From the NCBI RefSeq assembly GCF_028368995.1, contig NZ_JAQNDL010000005.1:416001-480000 (forward strand): a DNA stretch of 64,000 bases, in the 5' to 3' direction. The position numbers and the translations under genes are program-made. Source of the stretch: Nannocystis bainbridge. GTDB lineage: Bacteria; Myxococcota_A; Polyangia; Nannocystales; Nannocystaceae. Positions 34,740 to 44,491 of this stretch are shown one piece after another. Each line of letters starts with the position of its first letter. The first letter of the stretch is position 1. Below the pieces are notes generated by a model. That model saw only the letters and a program-made list of their open reading frames with translations, searched no databases and was not told the DNA's origin.

Positions 34740-36863
34740 TCATTCGCCATTGCCGTCGTCGCTGTTGAACATATCGAAGAAACCGACCCCGCCGTCCTCC
34801 CGCTCTCTCTGCGCGTTCTCTCTCGCGCGCCGCTCTCTCGCTCGAATCCTCTCCCTGACGGCTTCCTCGTTCTCCTCGATCCGCTGGTAGTACTGCTTGA
34901 CGAATTTGCTCTGCTTGAAGAAGATCGGAAACTTCGCGGGAGAATCCTTGAAGAGGTGTTCGTAGTACGGCTGGATCTCGCCGATGAACCAGAGCATCAT
35001 CGTGAACAGCGCCGCTTCCGAATCGCTCAGCCCGCTGACGATTGCGAACTTGTTCTGCTCGAGCTCCATCCAGTGCAGAAAGTTCTTGATCTTGAGGTGC
35101 CCGGTGAAGTCGTTGAACTCCTCGCGGCTGATCTTCGCGCGCGCGAGCAGGACGTTGCTCCTCTTCTCCTCCCGGGAGTTCGGGAACATCGCGTACTTAA
35201 GGGCGCCGGTGTCCGTGTTCTCGATGTGGAAGAAGAGGGGGTACCCGCCCGACAGCGGCTCCTTGTCGCTGACCCTCTTGATAACGTCCACGCAGTAGTC
35301 GAGGAGCTGCGGCGTAGACCTCTTCTTGAAGCTGCAGAGGTCGAGGATCCGCGAGTCGCCCACCGGGTTCATCAACCCCTCGACGATCTCCGTCCGGTCG
35401 AAATAGATCGTGGGCACCCCGAGGTACATGAGCCGCTCCATCGAGCCACTCCGCATGCCCACCTGGATGACCTTGTAATTCAAGGCGAACTGCAGCAGGA
35501 AGTTGATCTGCGCGCCCATCGGCTTGTCCTTGAAGGTCGTGCGACGGAAGAAATTGATCAGGTTGTTCTCCTTCGACCCCTTCACGTAGCCATACTCTGT
35601 GGAGTCGATCGCTAGATCTTTGAGCTCATCGCCGATCGGCACGAAGAGGTAGGGCCGTCCCGTCGCCTCGGCGGTCCGGCGCACGAGCTCGCGCACGTAC
35701 TTGTAAAGACCCACGTTGGTGTGGTGCTGCGGTTTACCGACGTTGGTACCTTCGACCTTGAAGATCGCGTCACGTTCGCTGTCCTTGGCGCCACGGATCC
35801 AAAAGAGCACGACGATGAAGTCCTCCTTCGGGGCCTCGATCTTTGGCACCGAGCCTTGCTGGAGTCTCTGCTTCTTCACGAGGTACTTGCCGAAGACCTC
35901 CCCCATGAAATCCCCGAGGAACACCTCGTTCTCCCTGGTGTACTCGCGGGTCGCCCCCAGGATCGCCCCTCGCAGGTGGCCCGCGACCTTGACGGCCCCG
36001 ACCTCATTGACGCACCGCAGGACGTAGCTCGTCGAATAGCTGATGTAGCCGAATCTCACGATCGGCCTCAGAAGCCTCCGCTCCCCGATGAGCGCGGGGC
36101 GCAGGCACTCGATGAACGCGGACCGCGCCTGCTGCTGTGCCTCCTTCGCGTCCTCCGCGATGAGCCCGAGGATCTTGTCGCTGTCCCGTTGCCCCTTCTT
36201 TCCCGGGTCGTTTTCGACACCTGTGAGGAAGATCGACACCTTGCGCGTGTTCTTGCCGAAGATCTGGCTGTTCGCAAAGATGACGACGCCGTCCCTGTCG
36301 GGCTCGAACTTCATGACCTTGACTTTGTCGGTAAAGACGCACTTGGCGAGCTTGATCAGACCTCGTTCGCGCAGGCGGAACGAATCGAAATACCCCATTC
36401 TTCGGTCGATCTTGCCCTGGTAGCCGTCCCTGTTCGCGCTGTAATCGTCGTCGTCGACGAAGAAGAGCCCGCACAGATTGATGTCGCTCACATGGAAGGC
36501 CTCGTTCACGAGAAGGGAATAGATGAGGCCGTAGGTGTCGCCCTCCTGGATCAGGTGGTGGGTGATGCATACGAACTCCTCGATCTCCTCGGGCCTCGGC
36601 TTCAGTTTCAGCTTCAGCTTGGGTTCCTCGAGGATGAGGGGGAATTCGTGGATCTCGGGGAAATCCGTCCGCAGGACCAGCCTGCCCCCGCCGCACAGGC
36701 ACTGCATGCCTGAGACGATGTCTACCTCGGTGTATCTGGAGCCGCACCCCTGCCCCACACATTCGTACTTGAACCTGCGCCCTGGCTTACAGCCGCACAG
36801 ACCTCCACCTCGAGGAATCCCTGAATTGTAAGAGCACTTCCCCCTGCACACGTATCTTGCCAT
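34740..36863 (-). CDS. Hypothetical protein, candidate T6SS effector with Cys-rich N-terminus and GT-B-like motif
   Basis: 707 aa, Lys/Phe-rich and visibly lower GC; nine Cys in the first 60 aa; QVGMRSGSMERLMYLGVPTIYFD. Confidence 0.7.
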   Translation of the reverse strand: MARYVCRGKCSYNSGIPRGGGLCGCKPGRRFKYECVGQGCGSRYTEVDIVSGMQCLCGGGRLVLRTDFPEIHEFPLILEEPKLKLKLKPRPEEIEEFVCITHHLIQEGDTYGLIYSLLVNEAFHVSDINLCGLFFVDDDDYSANRDGYQGKIDRRMGYFDSFRLRERGLIKLAKCVFTDKVKVMKFEPDRDGVVIFANSQIFGKNTRKVSIFLTGVENDPGKKGQRDSDKILGLIAEDAKEAQQQARSAFIECLRPALIGERRLLRPIVRFGYISYSTSYVLRCVNEVGAVKVAGHLRGAILGATREYTRENEVFLGDFMGEVFGKYLVKKQRLQQGSVPKIEAPKEDFIVVLFWIRGAKDSERDAIFKVEGTNVGKPQHHTNVGLYKYVRELVRRTAEATGRPYLFVPIGDELKDLAIDSTEYGYVKGSKENNLINFFRRTTFKDKPMGAQINFLLQFALNYKVIQVGMRSGSMERLMYLGVPTIYFDRTEIVEGLMNPVGDSRILDLCSFKKRSTPQLLDYCVDVIKRVSDKEPLSGGYPLFFHIENTDTGALKYAMFPNSREEKRSNVLLARAKISREEFNDFTGHLKIKNFLHWMELEQNKFAIVSGLSDSEAALFTMMLWFIGEIQPYYEHLFKDSPAKFPIFFKQSKFVKQYYQRIEENEEAVRERIRARERRARENAQREREDGGVGFFDMFNSDDGNGE

Positions 36864-37162
36864 GGCGCTTATGATTAAAAGAGCATGGGCCGATCGGCCC
36901 TGTCAAGGATATGGACCGGCTGCTCCAAACCACGGAACTGCTGTATCCGCGTCAGGCCCTCCCAGGCGATGCAGACGAATAGCCGGTGCCCACGTCGCTC
37001 GCTCCGGCGTCGGGCATCGATGTTCACGCCCCGCGCGGGAGGTAGGATCACCATGGGCAGCAAGCTGCGTCAGCAATTACGCCGTCAGGCTCCGCAATAT
37101 GGCGATGGTGCTGGTACGTGGTGTTCGAAACCTCCACCCGCGTGTTCCTGGGCCACGTCGCT

Positions 37163-37648
37163 CTAATTTCTCGCTTTCGAAATATCGCGCACCCGCACAT
37201 CGGACCGCTCGAAGGCCGACTCGCCGGTGATGACCGCAATCGCCGCCGGCCGCTCGGCGAGCAGCTTCCACGACTCGCCCTTGCTGCTGCTGAACAGCCC
37301 GTACACCGCGATCGCCTCCGGAGCTTTGGCGAACGTCAGCGGGATCACCGATTCCTGGCCGGGCAGCACCACCAGCGTCTGGACCACCGTCTCGTCGGGC
37401 TGGACCACCAGGCGGGCCACCGTCGAGTAATCATCCTCGACGAAGCTCTTGCGCGTCGCCGTGCGCACGACCACCTGCAGGGGTCGGCCGTTGTTGCTGT
37501 TCTTCGCGGCGCGAACCGTCAGCGTCACCGTCGGTTCCTTCGGCGTCTTCGGCGGCGCCTCGGCCTTGCAGCCCGGGAGCGCCGACGCGAGCGCCACCAG
37601 CATCGCGGCCAGCAGCGATCGGCGGGTCATGGTCGTTCGCGCCATCAT
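37163..37648 (-). CDS. tssJ: T6SS outer-membrane lipoprotein TssJ/IglE-like
   Basis: ATG overlaps the tssM stop; LPGC lipobox; NSNNGRPLQVVVR, LVVLPGQE, IAVYGLF. Confidence 0.7.
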   Translation of the reverse strand: MMARTTMTRRSLLAAMLVALASALPGCKAEAPPKTPKEPTVTLTVRAAKNSNNGRPLQVVVRTATRKSFVEDDYSTVARLVVQPDETVVQTLVVLPGQESVIPLTFAKAPEAIAVYGLFSSSKGESWKLLAERPAAIAVITGESAFERSDVRVRDISKARN

Positions 37649-40600
37649 CCGCCGCAGTCCCTGACGGCGAAGGGGAGCCAGGGGTCGCTCTCGAGGACCA
37701 CGCTGACATCGCGGGTCGTCGGCGCCACCTCGCCGACGGTCACGCGCCAGCGCACGGGCAGCCGCTTGCCGGCGCTGGCCTGGGTCTGGCTGCATCGCGT
37801 CGCGCGGCCGATGGCCGCCGCCGTCAGCGTGAGGCGCCGCTCGGAGGTCCGCTCGTTCTCGCCGCGATCGAGCAGCCGATAGAAGCTGAACGGACCGTCC
37901 TCCTCGATCGTGTAGGTACGCGGGCCCGCGCCCGGGACCGCGGAGCGCATCTCCAGCGAGACCACCGAGCTGCCCTGATTCCACCACTGGAGCGCCAGGG
38001 TCTGCGGCTCCGGCCGCTGATTGAAGCCATACACCGCCGCGCCGCCGCTGCGCACGTAAGACATCGCGGCGAATCGCTCCTCGTGCGGCTCCTTGGGCAG
38101 CAGCTTCGGCTTCAGCACCACCTTGAGCGGCACGGGATTGCCGTCGGCGTCCCACAGCTTCCGGCTCGTCCGCTCGAGGTCGCTCGTCATCGCCAGCATG
38201 CCGGTCGGTCCCTGCAGATCGGCGAGCATCGTGCGCTGGCCCGAATCGAGCTTCGTCGCCGGCGCGAGCAGCCGGTCGAAGGCCGCCCAGAACGAGCCGC
38301 GCTCCTTCCCCTGGGCCCGCACCACCGCCTCGAGCTCGGCGACGTCGACGTCGACCTCGGCCGAGGGGCTGAAGGGATAGGCCTGGAGGAGCGGGCGCAC
38401 CAGCGGCCGGACCTCGTCCTTCCAGGCCCGCCGCACCTCGGATTCGATGTCGTCGATCCCGAGCGCGCGCACCTCCTGCACCGGCGCGAGGAAGGGCGCG
38501 TGCCAATCGTCGCTCAGCCCGGCGCCGTTCAACCATTCGGCGACCTGCTCCGCGGGGTCGTCCCCGGGGCTCTGCAGCGCGTGCAGGGTGAAGAGCCCCA
38601 GCGGCGTGAGACGCTCGTGGAGCTGGAGCCCGTCGCGCGCCGCGGGAGCGCCGCCCAGGGCGGGCTCCAGCCCGGCCAGGAGCTTTTGATAGGGACCGAG
38701 CCCGGGGTTCGTGCCGTCCTTGGTGGCGAGCAGCGCGACGAGCGGCTCGAACACCTCGAGGGCCGTGGCGAGCGGCTGGACATACGGGTCGTCCTCACTC
38801 AGCTCGAGCGACGCGTTTGCGGTGACCACCGAGAGGTACTCGACGAACCATCCCGACGGCCGCGAGAACCCCTGCAGGACGAAGGGCAGCGTCATCTCGG
38901 TCGCCGGGTCCAGCTCCATGCTCCAATAGTAATCGAGCAGCTCGCGCTTGTAGGTGACCGCATACCGCTGCGTGCACTCCCGGATCGCGCGATCGAGGCG
39001 CTGCGCCTCGGCGATCGTCATGCCGAGGGCCGCCAGCGCGGCGCCCTCGGGCTCGCGGATCGCCGGGCCGAGACGCTCGGCCGCGAACTCCAGCACGGGC
39101 TCGATCCGCTGCTGATACGCGGCCTTGGTGTAGGTCCCGCGGATGAATCGGCTCGGCCCGCCGCCGTAGCCGCTGACGATGCCGACACGGGGCCGCTCCT
39201 CGGTCTCGTCGAAGAACGCGGTCCCATCGTTCATCCGCGACTCCGGGATGTCCGCCAGGACCTGCTGAATGAGCACTTTGGACATGCTGCGCTTGAACAG
39301 GGCCGCCAGCGCCGAACCCTTCAATTCCACCGTCTTGCCGTCGAACGCGATCGTGAAATCACGGGGGATCGCAGGCGGCCTTCGCTCGAGCGCGGAGACC
39401 AGCGTCCCGAGCCCCCAGCCCTCCGTCCGGCTCGCGTCCGTGGCACCTCCCTCGCGCGGCAGGTGCGTCCGCAGGGCCTCCGCGAGCGCCGTCAGGGTCG
39501 CGTACTGCTCCTCGGTCCACAGGTCGATCGGCTCGTCCACCAACAACCGGCGGAACCGACCCTCGAGCAGATCGGGGCGGTCGAAGGCCTTCCGGATCGC
39601 CGCCAGCACCTTGTAATCGGACGGGCTGAGCAGGGCGGGGATCTTCGCCAGCGCCTCGGCCTCCTCCAGATCGATCGTCGGTTGGCCGACCTTCTCCTGC
39701 AGCGCCACGAGGTACCGCGACCACTCGCGCCCGACGTTGTCATACTTCTCGCGCGCCGCGGGATCCGCGGGCTCCGGCGGCTCCGGCGGCTTGACGCTCC
39801 CCATCTCCGGAGAGCTCGCCTCGACGTAGTGCTTGATGACCTCGCCCGAGAGACCGAGCGCGTGCTCCCACAGCGAGCGATGCTCGCGGATGATCGCCCC
39901 GAGCTCGTTGGCGTGACTCGAGTAGATCAGCGCCATGAGGTAGTGCAGCTGCAGTCGATCGCTGCAGGGGATCTTCGGGTAGAGGTAGCCCTTGCGGAAC
40001 GTCTCCTCGAACCGCTCCTCGATGTCGCGCTTGCGGGCGACGAAGGTGCGCGCGAACCACAGCCGCTCCGATTGCTTGACGGCTTGGAGCGCCGCGGCCT
40101 CTGCTTTGGGCGGTTCCATCTTCGCCCCCGCGCCCTGGTGTTTGCAAACCTCCGGATCCTTCACAGGGCCGACGTCGCGCTCGAACTTGTCGATCCGCGC
40201 CTCGGCCTCCACGATCGACGCCCGGTGCCAGCCCATGAGCGACGCGATCAACGCGGCGCCACCCACCCCGACGGCCAGCGCGCCTCGCAGCCCGCGCTGG
40301 TGATGGCGGCCGAGGCTCGTCGAGATCAGATCGCGGGAGATCTGGAATGGCAGGCCCACGTGGGTGCGGGGCGCCAGCGAGCCGAGGTAGAGGCCGCCGA
40401 CGCTCAGCGGCATCGCGTGGGGCTCGTGCCGCCCCTGCAGCGTCTCCAGGAGCGGCCGCAGGCCGTCCAGCAGCGCCCGCAACGACTTGTAGAAGCGGAC
40501 CAGGCGGTCGAACTCCTCGCCGCTGCGGCTCGTCAGCGCGTACGCCAGGTGCCCGTCGAAGGTGGCGACCAGGCGCGCGGCCTGGTTCGGCTCGGTGAGG

Positions 40601-41316
40601 GACTCGAGCTCGAGAGGTTCGTGATCGGGCCCGACCACCGCGGCGAACGCCTCGAAGCCGTCGACCTGATCGAGGTGGCTGAGCAGCACGCGGACCTCGA
40701 GCGACGCCCGGCATCGCCGCGGGAACAGGCCGATCTTGCCGCGGACGAGCTGCGCCAGCTCGTGCAGCGCCGCCGGCGGCGTGGTCAGCAGCGAGCGCGC
40801 GTCGAGCACGAGGACCACCGTCGCGCTCGGGCCCATGTGCCACCACATGCGCCATAGGGCCTGGCGGGCGCCGCGGCTGACGTCGCGCAACAGCGGCGCC
40901 GACAGCTCGTGGACGACGACGTCGGGGCCGAGGTAGAGCTGCAACGCGGCGTCGTGGGCGACGCTACCGCGGAACTGATTGGCCTGACCGCGCCAGTCGA
41001 CGTGGCTCGAGATCGCGTGCGTCTTGCCGACCCCCGCGGCGCCCATCACGACGACCGTCGGAAAGTGGAGCGCGCGGGTCGGGATCCGGCGGTAGAACGG
41101 GCGCCACAGCCCGGCCAGGCGCGACGCGAGCAGCGGCCCGGCCGGCCTCGGCGGCGCCGCGGCCGCTCGCTTGCGCCGCCACACGACGACCGCCCACACC
41201 ACGGCCGCCAGGACTACTACCAGTAACAGGCCGAGGAGCGCCCACTGCCACCAGGAGAACATCTCCGGCGCCATGGCGCTCGCTCCTTCGGCTTCGTCCG
41301 TCGTCATCGTCAACAT
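37645..41316 (-). CDS. tssM: T6SS membrane complex protein TssM/IcmF (PdpB-like)
   Basis: N-terminal TM, Walker A GAAGVGKT, LSHLDQVDGFEAF, second TM, C-terminal YPF...FW region; follows dotU. Confidence 0.85.
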   Translation of the reverse strand: MLTMTTDEAEGASAMAPEMFSWWQWALLGLLLVVVLAAVVWAVVVWRRKRAAAAPPRPAGPLLASRLAGLWRPFYRRIPTRALHFPTVVVMGAAGVGKTHAISSHVDWRGQANQFRGSVAHDAALQLYLGPDVVVHELSAPLLRDVSRGARQALWRMWWHMGPSATVVLVLDARSLLTTPPAALHELAQLVRGKIGLFPRRCRASLEVRVLLSHLDQVDGFEAFAAVVGPDHEPLELESLTEPNQAARLVATFDGHLAYALTSRSGEEFDRLVRFYKSLRALLDGLRPLLETLQGRHEPHAMPLSVGGLYLGSLAPRTHVGLPFQISRDLISTSLGRHHQRGLRGALAVGVGGAALIASLMGWHRASIVEAEARIDKFERDVGPVKDPEVCKHQGAGAKMEPPKAEAAALQAVKQSERLWFARTFVARKRDIEERFEETFRKGYLYPKIPCSDRLQLHYLMALIYSSHANELGAIIREHRSLWEHALGLSGEVIKHYVEASSPEMGSVKPPEPPEPADPAAREKYDNVGREWSRYLVALQEKVGQPTIDLEEAEALAKIPALLSPSDYKVLAAIRKAFDRPDLLEGRFRRLLVDEPIDLWTEEQYATLTALAEALRTHLPREGGATDASRTEGWGLGTLVSALERRPPAIPRDFTIAFDGKTVELKGSALAALFKRSMSKVLIQQVLADIPESRMNDGTAFFDETEERPRVGIVSGYGGGPSRFIRGTYTKAAYQQRIEPVLEFAAERLGPAIREPEGAALAALGMTIAEAQRLDRAIRECTQRYAVTYKRELLDYYWSMELDPATEMTLPFVLQGFSRPSGWFVEYLSVVTANASLELSEDDPYVQPLATALEVFEPLVALLATKDGTNPGLGPYQKLLAGLEPALGGAPAARDGLQLHERLTPLGLFTLHALQSPGDDPAEQVAEWLNGAGLSDDWHAPFLAPVQEVRALGIDDIESEVRRAWKDEVRPLVRPLLQAYPFSPSAEVDVDVAELEAVVRAQGKERGSFWAAFDRLLAPATKLDSGQRTMLADLQGPTGMLAMTSDLERTSRKLWDADGNPVPLKVVLKPKLLPKEPHEERFAAMSYVRSGGAAVYGFNQRPEPQTLALQWWNQGSSVVSLEMRSAVPGAGPRTYTIEEDGPFSFYRLLDRGENERTSERRLTLTAAAIGRATRCSQTQASAGKRLPVRWRVTVGEVAPTTRDVSVVLESDPWLPFAVRDCGG

Positions 41317-41328
41317 CGTCGCGCCTCG

Positions 41329-41553
41329 TCATCTGCCGACAGCGGGCCAACCTCGGGTCCGCAGGCGGGCCTCGAGCAGATCCTCGAGCAGGTCGAGCCG
41401 CGGCCCGACATCGACCGGAGCGTCGCCCGTCGCCGCGAGCATTCGCCGCAGCTCGTCCAGCGGTCCGGCCAGCGCAGAGAACGCCTCTCCATCGGCCGGG
41501 AACAACCGCTCGACCTCTCGCACGAGCGCCTCCAGGGCCGCGAGCAGGGTCAC
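41329..41553 (-). CDS. Small helical hypothetical protein (74 aa) between dotU and tssM
   Basis: GTG overlaps the dotU stop; amphipathic TLLAALEALVREVERLF...LDLLEDLLEARL. Confidence 0.6.
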   Translation of the reverse strand: MTLLAALEALVREVERLFPADGEAFSALAGPLDELRRMLAATGDAPVDVGPRLDLLEDLLEARLRTRGWPAVGR

Positions 41554-42305
41554 AACATCCCTCCCACCGGATGATTCGAGAGCGCGGTCAGCAGCCACGC
41601 GCTCGCCACGACCACCAGCAGCCCCAGCGCATAATATCGCCAGGTGGGCCACGGCTGCGGCAACTCCCCGGGCTCCGGATCGAGCGGCTCCGATACGGCC
41701 GAAGGATGGGGGATGCGCTCGGCGAGCCGCTGCTTGTAGAAGTGAATCTGCCCCGAGTCGGTGGCGAACATGCCCACGAAGCCGTGGCTCAGACAATAAT
41801 AGTAGACCTCGAGCACCAGCGCCGGCGTCCGCGGGTCGTGGAGCGCGTCGTCGATCGCGGTGAAGAACTCGCTGCCGCCGGTGGTCGTGCGCGTGAACTC
41901 CGTCTGCATCAGCGGCCAGCTGAGCCGCAGGTAGTCGGGGAGCAGACGCATGATCCGCTCGTCGAAATGGACCAACAGGGCCCGGCGGATCCGCTCGAAT
42001 CCTGGCTCGCCGGCGAACGCGGCCCACAGCGTCTCCAGGCGCCTGCGAACCGCCTCGCGGAGGCCCCCGAGGCGCTCGTGGTCGCGCTCGTCGAGCCCGT
42101 CGGTCCGCATGGGAGCCGGCACCTCGATGGCGCCCGTCCCGGCGCGAACGTCTCGCCACGCGGTCTCGCGCAGCGGCGTCGCCACGCGCGGCGGCGCCGT
42201 CGTGAGCGGACGGCGGCCAGGGAGGTCCGCGGCCTCGGCCGCCACGAGGGCGTCGATCTCCGCGGAGAGATCGAGGAGCACCGTCCACAGCGCCTGTCGC
42301 GTCAT
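41550..42305 (-). CDS. tssL: T6SS TssL/DotU
   Basis: ALLVHFDERI, WPLMQTEF, GGSEFF, LEVYYYCLSHGFVGMF, C-terminal TM. Confidence 0.9.
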   Translation of the reverse strand: MTRQALWTVLLDLSAEIDALVAAEAADLPGRRPLTTAPPRVATPLRETAWRDVRAGTGAIEVPAPMRTDGLDERDHERLGGLREAVRRRLETLWAAFAGEPGFERIRRALLVHFDERIMRLLPDYLRLSWPLMQTEFTRTTTGGSEFFTAIDDALHDPRTPALVLEVYYYCLSHGFVGMFATDSGQIHFYKQRLAERIPHPSAVSEPLDPEPGELPQPWPTWRYYALGLLVVVASAWLLTALSNHPVGGML

Positions 42306-43927
42306 CGGCTCGGCCTCGCCTTCTCGCCGCGTCGGCGCGCGCCGGCCTCATGCGTGCGGATCTCGGCCGGGTTGTTGCTCCACGCGTTGATGAGCGCCCC
42401 CAGACAATGCAAGTAGTCCGCGACCAGCCCACGGCGCTCCGCCGCGACGTCGCCGAGGGTCACGTCGTACACGTGCTGCACCCCGCCGCGATTGCCCGCC
42501 GGTTCATCGCGGACATCGACGTGCCGGATCTCGTCCGCGACATCGCCGTGGGGGCCGTGTGCATCGGCGCCGAGCGTCGTCATCAGCATGACGATGTCGC
42601 TGCGGCTCAGGACCCGCTTGGCGCGGCGCGACATCACGTGCAGCATCGCCGTCGAATCGCGCCACAGCGGGCTGCGGCGGTGCGGCGTCATCCGGCCCAG
42701 CACGCGGAACCCGACGCCCTCGAAGTGGCGGTGCTGCAGCGAGGCATCGAGCGCGCCGACGGCCACGGCGTCGAAGCTCGGCTGGAACCAGCGGGCCCGC
42801 ACCAGCACGCTGCGCGGGTGCATCAGGGCGTCGGGCAGCCGCAGCAGCAGGTGCGCCGCGTCCGGTTCGCCGGTGTGGTCGAGCTCCCAGCTCTCCGCCC
42901 CGCCGGCCAGGTGGCCGGGCAGCAGCGGATCGAGGCCGTCGCGGGTCTCCTGCTGGACCTCGACGATCGAGTGGAACGCGACCTCGTGGTCGACGCGCCA
43001 CGGGCGGATCGCGTGGCGGGAGCGCGTCCCGTCGGCCTTGATCGGCTCGGCCAGCTCGGTGAACAGGTTCTCGATCGGCACCACGAACAGGCGGAACATC
43101 TCCGAATTGACGACCTGTCCTTCGGGCCATGCGTCGAAATCGAGGCACAGCCACGCCTGCCGCCACGGCCGCGACGGCCGCGCGAGATCGACGGCGAGCG
43201 TCAGATCCTTGGCCGGGAAGTGGAAGAACTCGCGGATCCGCGCGACCGCGCTGCGCGTCTCGCCAGGCGGCGCGGCCTCGTCGGACTCGCCTGGCGCGCC
43301 GAGCCAGAACCGGCACTCGGCCCCGGGCTCGGTCGGCGACGGCGGCTCGCCGTACACGACCGCGACCCGGCTCAGGTGGAGGCGCAACCACTCGAAGAAT
43401 TCGCGCGACACCGGGTAGTCGCCGAGGTGATCGATCTGGAGGGACAGCGGCTCGGGCACGCCGGCGACCGGGACCCGCGAGCGCAGCCGGAGCAGCACCC
43501 GGTGGCCTGAGCCGCCGAGCAATTGCAGCTCGGCGCGGTCGAGGTCGAGCGGGCGGATCGTCACGTCGCGCATGGTCGAGAAGAACCCCACCTCGCCGTC
43601 GGCGGTCTCGAGGCGGACCCGGCTCCCGCGGGGAATGTGGGCAGGCTCGGCCAGGCGCGGGCTCGGCAGCCCGCGGAGCAGCACGCGGGCCGGCTGCGGC
43701 AGCGCGAACTCGTCGAGCAGCCCGTGCGTGAGCCGGGCGATCGCCCCGCGCAGCTCCGCCGCCGCCGCCTCGTGCGTGCGCGCGGCGAAGAACGCCAGCG
43801 ACTCCATCAAGCGGCGGACATCGGGGTCCTCGGGCTGGATGAAGCCCTCCCCGCCGCGGCGGCGGAGCAGGAACTCGTCGAGGGCCTCCAGCTCGCCGAG
43901 AAAGTCGCGATAAAAGCCCTGGTTCAC
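42302..43927 (-). CDS. tssF: T6SS baseplate TssF (IglH-like)
   Basis: FLGELEAL, EDPDVRRLMESLAFFAAR, IREFFHFP, FVVPIENLF. Confidence 0.85.
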   Translation of the reverse strand: MNQGFYRDFLGELEALDEFLLRRRGGEGFIQPEDPDVRRLMESLAFFAARTHEAAAAELRGAIARLTHGLLDEFALPQPARVLLRGLPSPRLAEPAHIPRGSRVRLETADGEVGFFSTMRDVTIRPLDLDRAELQLLGGSGHRVLLRLRSRVPVAGVPEPLSLQIDHLGDYPVSREFFEWLRLHLSRVAVVYGEPPSPTEPGAECRFWLGAPGESDEAAPPGETRSAVARIREFFHFPAKDLTLAVDLARPSRPWRQAWLCLDFDAWPEGQVVNSEMFRLFVVPIENLFTELAEPIKADGTRSRHAIRPWRVDHEVAFHSIVEVQQETRDGLDPLLPGHLAGGAESWELDHTGEPDAAHLLLRLPDALMHPRSVLVRARWFQPSFDAVAVGALDASLQHRHFEGVGFRVLGRMTPHRRSPLWRDSTAMLHVMSRRAKRVLSRSDIVMLMTTLGADAHGPHGDVADEIRHVDVRDEPAGNRGGVQHVYDVTLGDVAAERRGLVADYLHCLGALINAWSNNPAEIRTHEAGARRRGEKARPSR

Positions 43928-43930
43928 GCC

Positions 43931-44485
43931 TCAGCCCGCCTTGATCAGCGACCCGCCGATCGTCGTCATGCTGCCCTTGAGCGCCGCCATGCCCGAGGAC
44001 TCCAGCGACAGCTGCGCGTCGGCCTTGACCGCCACCTGCATGCCCGCGAGCTCCGCCTGCGTGTTGCCCTTGAGCTTGATCGACTGCGTGCCCGACGCCT
44101 CCACCGTGGCGCCCTCGATCTTGGCCGCGCTCTGGGCCTTGATCGCGACGTTGGCCCCGGAGACCTTGAAGTCGTTCTGGGCCTGCTGCACCACGTCGGC
44201 GCCCGACTTCACGGTCGTATTGCCCTCCTTGGACTCATAGGTGGCCGTCTTCGTGGCCGTGCAGGTGATCGACTCGCGCGCGACCACCTCGAATTGCTTG
44301 CACGAGATCGTCACCTTCTCGGTCGTCTGCGTCAGGGACGTCTCCTCTTGCTCGCCTTTGACCTTCGCCACCAGCGTCGTCCCGTTCATGGTGATCGTCT
44401 GCACGATCTTCCCCTCGGCGTCTTCGACGGTGATCGTCACGCCGCGCTCCTTGCTCATCTCCAGGGTGCAGATCAGCTTCGTCAT
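43931..44485 (-). CDS. Short VgrG-like spike protein (beta-strand repeats only)
   Basis: 184 aa of alternating beta-strand repeats (ITISC, VAIKA, IKLKG, LSLES) ending TTIGGSLIKAG; directly after the hub gene. Confidence 0.7.
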   Translation of the reverse strand: MTKLICTLEMSKERGVTITVEDAEGKIVQTITMNGTTLVAKVKGEQEETSLTQTTEKVTISCKQFEVVARESITCTATKTATYESKEGNTTVKSGADVVQQAQNDFKVSGANVAIKAQSAAKIEGATVEASGTQSIKLKGNTQAELAGMQVAVKADAQLSLESSGMAALKGSMTTIGGSLIKAG

Positions 44486-44491
44486 CGCGCG

